Below, in pieces: positions 14,101 to 26,100 of a stretch of 64,000 nucleotides of DNA. The notes beneath the pieces are model-generated. The model did no database searches. It was not told the DNA's origin and worked only from the letters and a program-made list of their open reading frames with translations. Position 1 is the stretch's first letter. Each line of letters opens with the position of its first letter. The position numbers were made by a program, and so were the translations under genes. The stretch is from Phoronis australis (taxonomy: Eukaryota; Animalia; Phoronida), in contig NMRA01000022.1 in NCBI GenBank assembly GCA_002633005.1, positions 1,718,639-1,782,638 on the forward strand, given 5' to 3'.

Positions 14101-17100
14101 CCGTCCATTTTTACGGCCCCCTGTTCCGTCTCGCCGACTCCTCACCAGTCACACGTTCCTTCTTCACTCAAATACTCAATGCCGTCATAATATCTGCCTC
14201 CCTTGACTCGCACTCTACAATTCTCACAGCTTTGGCATCGGCAGCGCCACCTCTGCTGCTGCTCTCGGCATCCCGGGGACTATCATCCAACGCATGGGCC
14301 GCTGGAAGACTGACGCCGTCAAGGGGTAAATCCGCGTGTCAGTTTTCCCCCACCTCGTCCCTAATTTCCCCCTCCAATTCTCCATCTCTTGTCTCCCCCA
14401 TCCCCTTCCTTCCCCACACCACCCTTTACCTCCCCTCAGGTGTCAGTATTGTCTGCACCTCCCACCCTGGTGTCCGTACTGCCTACGCCTCTTCCCTGCC
14501 CTGGTTCTCCTTCACCCCCCACTCACATCCGCGGGGTCAGTATTACCTGCACCTTCCCTATTAACACCATCCGCTTCGTGTCCGTACATTGTTAGTCTCA
14601 TCAGTAGTTTAATTCTTCGGTTACCTTACTAGTCCTTATCTACGCCATTTTGTTAGGCATTCATTTACCTTTGCCTTGTTACTCTACCTCGTTTAGTTAA
14701 ACTATTGTTAGCTATATTTCCATTATGTCAGCTATTTTGTTATTCCCTGTTAGCCGTTTTGATTCTATTGGTCATTGTCTTTTATTTTTTAGTTTCTCTT
14801 CCGTTTCATTTGCGTTTCCGTATCCCTCCTTCCATGTTTCCTCTGTTTCTCAGTTTTCATTATTTTTCAAGTTCTAGCTTACCTTTTAGGTTTTTGTATC
14901 ATATTTTCGTTCTTTATCACTTTTTTGCGTTATTAATATCCATTTCTTCCCGCCACGACACGGGGTGAGACAACACCGGCACCTGTTCCAGCCCTGGGCA
15001 ACCGTACCCCCCTCCGGTTTGGCACCCGGAGTTAGGGTTGGGTATCCGGCACATCTTTTCTTTCATTTATTTCCTTTCGTGCGTCCTTGCGGATGGGCAT
15101 GAGCTCTCTTACAACGTCTCTTGTGGCGCATTCTTATTGCCCCTCTTACCAAAAATTACCATTTTTACGTAACTTATCTGTATTCATTAGTCAATAAATG
15201 ACCTTATATCGCCTACCTCGGTCTCCTTTTATCTCTGGTAACGAGCTGCGACGCACGTATTATTCAGGACATAAGTCGATCACAAAGCAGTTTCCAGGAT
15301 CAAGTAACAAGTGTGTTATTGTTAAAGTGTCCTTGCAATAAACCAATCCGGCATTGCAGTAAACATGCTGTCCTTGGTAAGCACAGCAGAATAAATAACA
15401 TCATATTTTGGCTAATATTTATCGTATTTTTCACAAAGAATTCAGTTACGGAAGCCAATTTTGATAGAAAAATCAACCGTTTTAGTCTAATTAGTTATAT
15501 CACAAACAATACGGTGCTTGCACACAGTACAGAATTAATCCATTTTTGAAGATGACGGAAATCTAAAAAAAATTTCAAATATCAGCCTCCTCGTTTCCAA
15601 AACGTAGGCCTACTCTACATCCGCAGCGGCCACAACATCGTGGAGGCTAAACCTAGGAACCTCTTTAAATCCTTTTGAAACAGCACTCGCTGTCCATTAT
15701 GGGAAGCCCGGTGGAAACATTGAACCATAAATGAAATGATTTTAAAATCTATGAGGACCATGATGTACATGTATTAGAAACTTTGCAAAGCATGTATTGT
15801 GTATATTGCACTCTGTCCTTGTTAAATAAATTCAATAGTAATAACAACAACAGCAACAATAGTAATAATAATAACAACACTAATAATGGTTAGCCCAATT
15901 CATGCCATGTCAGCCCGGGAGTATTCCTATAGAAGAGGTATACGAACAGTGCCGGCTAAAAGGGTTATTTTTCACAGCAAAAAAGGTTCTCCAAAATGGA
16001 GACATTTTCGACAAAGTACTTATATTTCTGAATTTCTGGAAAAGAATTGTGCAAAAATGTGAATTTTTACACAAAAAAACTCTTTAAATGTGTATGGTAT
16101 CCAAATTTTCGGGCGGCACCCCTCGTCCAAAAAATACTCGAGAACCCCCGGCCGTGTCATACAACACTTGTTCGTGATTTTGGTCGCTTACTTTGTGATA
16201 TGATCTAGGTTTCGTAAAATGTAGAAATGGTACATTTTTGCATGTGCCTTCGACGAAAAATGCAACAATTACGTAAATTACTAGTTACATTTTAGGAGAG
16301 GCTTAGCAACGTAAAATGTAACAATGACGTAAAATGTAANCAATATTAGGGTCCCTGGTTCGACCCCGTCCTCGGTTTCCCGCCAAATCGTTATCTCACT
16401 AGTGAGATAACTTTATGGGTTATTACACGGTTGTATCTGCCATTCGACGTTAATATTGTGGTATAACAGTTGTTACACTTTACAAAATTGTTACATTGTA
16501 CGGCGTATTAGTGCCTGCGAAATCTCGGATTTGATGGATGCAAGTGACTTACTTCGGAGTTCGGGACCAAATCGCTGTTGGACGAGATGCGGTAAATCAG
16601 GCTTAATAAAGCGTAACCGAGTGAGGACTGCTAAATTTTCTAAGGTCGGGACCATCTCATCCTCGTCTGTGACAAGCACGCCATGGTGTAGAATGGTGTT
16701 GTCCGGGCCGAGCAAATTGTCTTCGATTAGTGACATTATTTGCTTATATGGATCTTCATTGCGCTCGTCGGGTTAGAGGTGATAATCCGGGAGCCAGGGG
16801 GGTTGAGCCTGGTTTTGCCGGATAAAGTTTTTTTCTTTGCTGTTTCATGTAACCTAGGGTTAAGTTACCATGATTTAGGGGGGGGGGGTGACCGTTCGCA
16901 ACCCTTGAGCATTTTTAAATATGCAAATTTAGGTCGCCATACCAAGTAGTGCAGCCAGATAATTTTGACGCTTTTACCCATGTTTTCATGGTCAATGAAT
17001 TTAATAGTGCAAGTCTTTTGGTGAATACACTGTCAATTTTCATAATTTATGCAAATTAAGGCCGTCATTATGCAAAATTCTATTTTTGCCTATAATTTCC

Positions 17101-20100
17101 TTACCAATCACTGCAGGCAGGTTATTTTGATGCTTTCACCCATGTTTCCATGGTCAACGAATTTAATAGTGGAAGTGTTTTGGTGAATACATTGTCAATC
17201 TGCATAATTTATGCAAATTAAGGCCGCCATTATTCAAAATTCTTGTGCTTATAACTACTGTACCAGGCACCACAGATGAACTATCATGATTTTTGGACCT
17301 ATAATCTTTTGGTCAATTAGTTTAATAAAATCGGTTTGCACATTGTTGCATGATAAATTTGCATAACTAATGCAAATTAAGGGCGCCATTATTCAAAATT
17401 CTAATTGTGCTTATAGCTGCGGTACCAAGCATCACAGTTAAACTCTGATGATATTTGAACCTAATTCCTATGGTCAGTTAGATTAATGAAATCAGTTTGC
17501 AAGTTGCATGATAAATTAGCATAATTTATGAAAATAAAAGCGGCAATTATTAAACATTCTATTTCAGCTCGTAACTTTCTTACAGGTAGATTATTTTGGT
17601 ATTTTGCTGATTAATTTTAGGTAATCTGTCATTACATAAAAATGACCGGTAATTTATTTCACAACAATACAAATTCTAGGTTTGTCTGATAACCACGGTA
17701 TGTGTAGTAGATAAACAAATTGTTTAATTGCATAAACCCAGGACACAACCTATCTAATGGACACCAGTCACAAGAAGTTTCAAATTCTAATTCAACACTT
17801 GGAACGTGAGCACACTACAATATAGCGTGCCCAAAATATTGTGCCGGGTAGAAAGACACTGCAATTCATGGAATCTGACCTTTGCAGTCACACCTAATCA
17901 TCACCAGTATGCAATATAGGAGCGAGTTGAACACCATGCAGAATTATAGATGGTGAGAGTGATTTCTTCATGACATCTTTCTTCCATCCATAGTCCTCTG
18001 GATCTAGTGCTGGTGATATTCCACCACGTGACTGACTGGTATTGGGCTCTGTTTACGTTTACATTCTCTCTGAATGTCTCTGTTGTCGGTGACAGTTTGG
18101 GGGCGGACATATATTTCTCATTTCTCTTCCCCATACCAGTAGTCTGGTTTCTGACATCTTCCTGATTCTCTTCATTCCATAACAGGCACACATACATTTA
18201 GTTGCCTGTTTCATGACATCAGAAAAATGTGCATTAAAAGTGCCGATGGCAGACAGGTCATGTCCAGCCTTCAATATTTTAACGATGGATGCCTTTCCAA
18301 CTCCATAGTAGCATGCCATCGCGTTACAACCCTACAGCACATGGGCAGGGAGGAGACCTTCACAATATCGCTACATGTTTCCACTGTTAACTTTATGTCT
18401 ATGACTGTTCTACGCTTACTAGGTGATTTCATGATTGTGGTATTTGAAACTGTTTCAGTTAGTAATGCAGGCGAAGGACAAAATACATTTTTGTCATCCG
18501 AAACAACCTAAAATTTGTTAAGTTCATATCCATATTTCATGTCTTGTTGCACAATAATGGAGCTAGCTTCTTCGTGAGATATCTCCAATGTCCTTGTACT
18601 GTATTAAGGGAAAAGAATCTTCATCAGTGATTACTTACTTGTGTTCCGTACCTACTACGTGCCTTTCTCGAAGGCTGATAACATTGCCTGCCCAATGCTT
18701 GTTTCATGTAGGCTTACGTTAACTGTTGGAGTAGCAATCCTGTCACCGCGAATGTTCACTACTGCGTCTTTGGGATGGACCTTGGGATCCAATAGATCGA
18801 TGCTGGTATCTACTTTTGACATATTCGTGCAATATCCTGAGCATGTGCATCAAGAAGTGCCTTACTTTCTTCCGTGTGATAGGTTTTAGTCCAAGAACTA
18901 ATGTTACCGCCCTCCATCTCGCCAAGATCTGTTTTAATCTTGTAGGATAAATGGCAACTTGTGCCCAAAGCCTAAGAGTCTCGTCTTTGAGGGCAATTCC
19001 CTACTATTCCCTCACTACTGTTTTCGTACCTCATGAATGTGGTCCCTATAAACTGATCGCTCCGAGCCCCATTCCAGCATTCACCCAAGTCACTAAACTA
19101 ATCTGCGTTTTTTTCTATGGTCTGTGGGAGCGCAGGAAATAGGCAATATCTTTTTTTTGAATTTAAAGTCTCAAACTTCAGAACACACACTACACAAAAT
19201 ATTCTCTTACTTCATCTTCAAAAAGGAGATTTTACAATTTATCATGCTACAACCTGCAAACAGATTTCTTTAAATTCATTGACCACTGAAACATGGGTGC
19301 AAATATTTATTAATCTCTGGTGTCTGATGCAGCACTTATAAGCATATTAAATATTTGAACATGGCAGTTGTGTAAATTATCAATTATGCAAATTCATGAA
19401 AATATGAGATAAATTTGAAAATAATCTACATGTAATACGAAAAGCAGAAACAGTATTTGGAATACTGGTGTCCTTTATTTGCATAAAATTTGTCCGCTAC
19501 TCCGGAAGTGACGTTTTAGGAGGCAAGCATTTCGCTCCAATTTCTTTCTATACAGTCTGACTGTGAGAGCTGCCGACTCAGTCATTGTTCTACCTCGGTT
19601 GTGTTAAGTTCCGTCGTCGTTTGCTTTCATTTACTAGTCAGTCAACATGCCACACTGTTGCTGCGTACCGGCTAGGACCAATATATATATTACTCCCAGG
19701 TACCGGGATGTACTAATTATCGTCTCACGCGCGCTTTTGGAGTACCTTCGCATAGCTTTCCGATGGATGACAGACTTCGCCGTACTTGGCTCGTTCGTGT
19801 GAAGAGCGCAGCGTTACCCGTCCACGCAACGTACAAAGCAGTCGAGAATTACCGTGTGTGTGGCAAACACTTTCTGCCGTCCGATTACGAAAAGGATTTG
19901 TACGCTGAACTGATGAAGGTCCCTGCGAAACAACGCCTGAAGCAGGATGCCATTCCGTCCGTGTTGATTCCTGACGGTGCCCCGTCGCCATCCCCGAGAT
20001 GTGTGTTTTCGCGAGCTGTGGCCAGTACAGTGACTGGAGCCAGTGGAGGCACTTCATCTACTGTCACCCGTGCCTCCGAACGTACCCCAGAGCGTGCCAT

Positions 20101-23100
20101 TCCTGGAACCAGTAGTGATTCGCCCTGTGCTGTTTTCTCCAGCCCAGAGCCTCTAAGCAGCCCTGCAGCGATATTGAGTAGTGGGAGTGATTACAGGCCC
20201 AGTTCGACACCCAGTGAAGAGGACAGTTCGTCGTCCAGTGAACAGATCGGTGAGCCAAACTTTGATAAGTTTATTGTGGACTTGTCTAAAGTGTTGGAGC
20301 TATTTAGAAGGTGCCAGGTGTGTGGCGAGGGAGTCACACGACACGATGTAAGCAGTTTGGGTGCTCAGGTCACCATCCAGTGGGAGTGTGTCGCGGGACA
20401 CTCTGGCAAGTGGGACAGTTGTTCCTCTGTCCGTGGTATGCCGGAGGTCCACTTAACCATGTCCAGTAGTGGCTTGGCCTCGTCGAACTCTGAACAGCAC
20501 AAGCATTCCATTGAGGTAGGCATAACAACGCACACAGTGCATTTGCACCAAGATGTGTCACCACGTCTGTCCTCAGTAGACGCCTCGTTTCTCTCAACAG
20601 CTGTCTGTGCCTGTGCGTACTCTGCCTCGTTATACTCGGGCTCAAACATGTACCCACCCACTGAATGTCCGTGAAAAAATTCCTCGTCACCACTGCTGTG
20701 AACAAGGTCTCCGTCACTCACACTACTGTTACTGTGATACGGGTCACCGAGTCCAGCCATTTTCAGTTTACAACACTCTAAACAATCCCTAAATCCAACG
20801 TAGTTGAGTTCTCTACTAACCTACGTTGCCGCAGAATACTCGCCGATGGAAAGTGGTGGCGACAATTGTTGAAAAACAGCAAAAAACAAAAGTAGAGCAG
20901 AACAGATTCGCACGGTAAACTCAACGCAAAACCAAGTGGCGGGAAATGCTTGCCTCCTAAAACGTCACTTCCGGAGTAGCTATTAGAACAAGTAAACTTT
21001 TGAATAATGGCGGCCTTAATTTATATTAATTATGCAAACTGACGATGTATCCACCCAAAAAATTCGCTATTAAATTCGTTGACCATGGAAACATGGGTGA
21101 AAGCATCAAAATAACCTGCCTGCAATGATTGGTAAGGAAATTACAAGAAAAAATAGAATTTTGCATAATGACGGCCTTTTAGCACTACTAAATTCATTAA
21201 CCATGAAAACATGGGTAAAAACGTCAAAATTATCTGGCTGCATTGCTTGGTAAGGAAAATAAAAGCAAAAATTGAATTTTGCATAATGGCGACGGCATAT
21301 TTTAAAAAATGCTCAAAGGTTGCGAACGGTCACCTCCCTAAATCATGATCAACTATGCCTAGGCTACATGAAACAGCAAAGAAAAATCTTTATCCGACAA
21401 ATCCAGGTTAAGTAAAAAACAGCATTTGGCTCCCAAAAAACCAATCAAATATCCTCCAGATGTCTGAAAGCCGTAAGGTCTTCTCAAAACTTTGTCATAT
21501 ACCGGCAAGTGAGGTGGACTGTTTGACAGTAACACTACGAGCAATCACAAGACCTAACAAGGCCAATTGGCTTAACATGAGGTTTAAGTGGGTTAGTTTC
21601 TGACTGACTGTGCGTCGCCGGAGCACAGGTACAGCATCTATATCGCCATTTAAGCCCCTCAATGGGACTTTGGGTTTTTGCAACACAAAATCAGCTTGCA
21701 GGAAGGTCGCAAAATTTGGGTCGAGTGACAGGACATAAGTAATGTTATTTTTCCAGTTATCAAAACATTTTATGGTTTGGCATTTAGATAAACACCACTG
21801 ATTCGGTGCTTTTTGTATGATTCGAGTAAGACTGCCACCACGCCAGTAACAATAAAGTTTGACTACATGAAAAACTGTATGTTTACCGAACAATAACTGC
21901 AGAAGAAGTGCAACAGAGCATGTACGATCTACCTGTAATGTGAGAGAAAGTTTTGAATATGAACTCACCCTGGCCAGAGTAGGCGGGTTTGGTGTACTGC
22001 GCGGTGTGCGTTTGCGCAATACATTTTATTCCCGTGTGATCTGGTGAGTGAGGTACCGGTAAGCTGCATTTGATGACACTGTCCCAAATGCATTTGAATC
22101 TTCGGCACTTCCATCGGCTTCTTATGTAGAAAGCTGGCCACGGTTATTTTCTAATGAAATAGAGCCTTGGTGGACGATACAAACGGAGCTCCAGATTTGC
22201 TTATGATGTGAAAGTGTTCTTGACGAAAGTTTGCATCTGGACAAAGTACTGGTGTCAAGTGTACTTGCAGGGCCTACCCCTGCAGTCGTGAGGTAAGGTT
22301 AGCGAAGAATCGGCAGAAAAATGAGGTGACTGGCTAATCGAGGCCCAGATCACTAGCTTCTTTTCTCCCATGGCTGCCTCCTTTAAAGCTGACTGGGGGA
22401 TTGAGACGCGCAAACGGTAGGTGGAGAACTCCTAGGATCCGAACAGTTAAATGAAGTTCTGTAAGATCTAGGTTAATGCGCAGTCCGTTCTACGGGGAAG
22501 TTCTGTCAACACCTTTTCTGTTAGATGGTTGCCAAGACTAAAAAATTCAAAAGTCATTTTTGATGTTTTATGTTCATACATTTTGATTTGGTCAGTACTT
22601 TATATCGGCACATGAGTCTATTCAGCTATGGAAATCATTGACAATTATTTGACATACATCACAATGCACAGTTTCTAAAATGGCATATATACTCATTTTA
22701 GAAAGACCAAGGTAATTGGGTTCAATAATGACGTCCTGCAGCATTTTTACATATTACAAGCTCTCACTATAACATATGTAGCACAACTTTTGAAGCAGGG
22801 ATTCTTGTGCTGTAAACAATGTCCTATTTGCAAATTGAATGCAGGCAGAAGTGTCGTTGCGTCGATGCTCATGCTCAAATAAATGGAAGTAGGACGTTTT
22901 ATACAATGGGCATTTTTTGATTTTCTCGCCAGTTATGTGAAAATTATCTAACAAAGGCATCTTCTTGGGCATATCATAATGGCAAAATATTGGTTTCTTT
23001 TTTCCGTGTGGCCACTCGAGCAGACATTGTCAACAGTTCGTTAGGTTAAATTTCTTTTTCGATGAACTAACGAGCAACACAACTTTAAAAAAATCACAAG

Positions 23101-26100
23101 AGTCCATTTCATAACCCGTGCCCTAGCCTGTAAGCTAGCCATCTTTATTAGCACTCTCTCATGCGGCCCATTACTACGATCAGCGCCACTATTGACATGC
23201 ATCATCTTGGAACTTAAGATGGGATTCTAGGTAAGATTAACGACGCATAGTCTCATTAAATTGTGAATATGCAAATGAACTACCAATGTACAATCAACCC
23301 CGTGTCCTCCAGTGTGCTGAAACTATCTGAGAACCAGTTACCATTACAATCTCGCGTAAGTCTCGTTTTGCTAGACTATTTTTATGTGAATAAGTATCAT
23401 AAATGGTAATTTCATTTTGCCGTCACCTTGGACAATGTTCAACATCACGTCACTTTGCGTGTCTAGTAGTGCAAGTTCTAGGTATTTGCATACATTCCTC
23501 GTCCAGGACAACACGGGAATCCCTAGGAAACCCCCGCAGCATTGTCGTTACCCGGGTGATTTTCTTTAGCGTAGCTGTTAATTTGCAATGAAGGCAGGGA
23601 ATAAGCAGAGCTTATAATTCCAAACAACGCAACACGTCTGTTGGAAACGATGTATCAAACACGCACACGGCATACATACCACCACGGTCACTTGAGCCCC
23701 ATTTGAACCATTTTCACAGCAGGTGTAAAAATATCGTCCAGAAAATCAGAATATTGTGTGTATTTAGTATTTGTTAACCGTCTGGAATGTACTTGAAAAA
23801 TGAAATATTCATTTCATTTTAGCCGGCCCCAGACTTGTGACAGTACATCGTTCGTCAGATAGCGGCAGCGAACAGGTTTTGCACGGCCAAACGGTAGTAG
23901 TACAGGAAGGTATTCCGCAAGAATTCACTTGTTTAACAGGCGAAGTCTGGGGAGGAGCACGCGTGAGTTGGTCGACGACGGGAACGTGGAATATGAATAC
24001 GATGAAGAGCCAAGAAGTTATTGGACATGGAATGAAATATAGGAATACGGTGACTTTTACTCCTCGAGTAGTAAAACTTGGCGTCACAGTTGAATGCAGA
24101 GCGGTGAATAACCGCGCAACAAGTCTGGCGGCGGTTTTATCATTCACAGTTCACGTTGTGAGTAAGTGAGTTATATTTGAATTAGGCAACTCACTTGGCT
24201 TAGTTTGGCGTGCGCAGGCCGCTCAGGTGGGCCTATTGTTTTTATCACCTAGAAGCATTTTTATGCGCCAACATATACATATATGGGTGGATATTGTCGT
24301 CATCTCTGCCAGAGCGTCCGGTTTTCCGTGTCTGCGCCGGTTTCTACTAAACCCCTTAGAGGATCATAATTGGATTTGGCAGATGTCTTCCTATGAGTTG
24401 ACGACAGACGACTACAAGTTTCGGACCTTTTTGCCCCCAAGTGGCAATTTTATATTTTGCAGTTGCCATTGTATCTTTGCAGTCCTTGATGGATTTTCAT
24501 GAAACTTGGCAAATGTGTCTCTATTAAAGGTAGGTCCTGTAATACTAATGAATACCCCTAAAAGCACACCGTTTGCTTTGCTCTGCCTTGTTCGTGTTAT
24601 ACTTTTTTAGTATATAGTTAAAACCGAACCGAGAAGCTAGAGAGCTGACACAAGTGCCTAGCCGTCTGACTCAGTGGGATTCGAACTGACGACGTTGAAT
24701 AAAGGACGTGGTTCACTAGCGTGCAGAAGGGGGCGGGGCGGCGGGGCGACGGCTCGGGGTATCCACATCGGGGGCATCCAATAACTATAAATTTTGAGAT
24801 TGTGACTGATTTGTAGTTAAATTGAATAAATTTTCTAGGTTATGTATCATCTTTTTACTTTCTAGGATCATGCATTTGAGTAGAGAGAGATTCATCCAAT
24901 AATAATTGCCCCGGACATCACCAAACCTCTGCACGCTAGGTTTAATTAAACCAGTAGACCACACTGTCTCCTCCCATGCGTAGTGTTGTGTATATCGCAT
25001 ATTTCCAACTTTCAAAAGCTCGTGTACAGTACCGTGTTCATTACCGCCCATTTGCATTACCCAACATTGAATTAAAATGTCTTAGTACTAGCGACGAATT
25101 TGGTATGCATTTAGCATGGAAGTTAAGCATTCTAAGCCAGCCTCCCGTTCATTAACGCTAGGACCTTGCTATAAGCTAAGACTTCGCGAGATTATGTGAG
25201 ATATTGCCGTGTATTTCGAATCAAAACACGTGACTTTGTCTAGCTTTTAGCTAGGTCCTAGCGCTCGCTGGTTCCCTGCGTGCCGCTAGATGGGGCGGTA
25301 GCCGCGCCAGCACGCAGGTATCACTTAAATTTCCTCTGTAAATTTTTTTACACCGGCGTTTCTGATTGGCTAGTCGAATTCTCAACAGGCAGCGCTTTGC
25401 GCAAACAAACTGGCATGACTGATGGACTGAAGTGTAAATGTGGTCTGTTGTACAGACAAATCGGTGCTTAAAATTATGTTCAGGAAATGTGAAGCCTAGA
25501 AATTGTAATATTGAGCCTTTTCGGAATACATCTTTCTACTGTCGATGACTTTTGTTTACGATAGTGTCCTTATACAGTATGAATAACACACCGGTTAAAT
25601 CGGCCACATAATATGTGTTTATTGTGCATGTATGTGCTTCAAGCACGCGGCTATTAAACATCACTTCAGAAACGAAGGCTAAAAATCGTTCACAGTCCGC
25701 CATTTTTTCACGGTGTTGTAAAGCTAACCAATGACTGCCAAGATTACATCGACCAATGCTAAAGCACGTGCCACTAGGTGATACCTGCGTGCTGGCTGGG
25801 CTAAGCACGCAGGGAACCAGCGAGGGTCCTAGCGTAGGTCCTAGCGTTACTGAACGGGAGGCAGGATCGCAGTTTGGACACATTCCCCGGCGTCGTTGCA
25901 TCTACATGTACCTTAGTATATGATTCAAGATTCAAGAAGCTTTATTTATCGTCGTTCAGAGAACAGATTAACTTAAGCCAGGGGGGCTATTACGACGACA
26001 GAAAACATGAAGAAAATGGAACTTAAGCTAGAGGTGGAGAATAACACAGAGATATAATTGTACAGAAATGTTGTCGTAATCGCTAAACTATATACTAGTT

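Larger units (their letters stand above)
12660..21840 (-). mobile_element. Ty3/Gypsy-like LTR retrotransposon gag-protease remnant split into three pieces (21435-21840, 16511-16788, 12660-13596) by nested insertions
   Basis: KAPNQWCLSK...LSLDPNFATFL...YGFQTSGGYLIGF, then PDERNEDPYKQIMSLIEDNLL...SEISQAL, then QPLVDELQ and a protease-like FTLD...GNMIRET region; pieces rejoin in frame after removing the insertions; PBS-like TGGTGGCAG at 21840-21832. Confidence 0.75.

Noticed and set aside
16950-17600. Periodic repeats as a possible CRISPR-like array
   Set aside because: Eukaryotic context, degenerate long units without unique spacers; they are subterminal repeats of a TIR transposon
24660-24730. 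tRNA-like B-box (GTTCGAATCCC on minus strand); similar at about 16355
   Set aside because: No cloverleaf; at most a tRNA-derived SINE remnant
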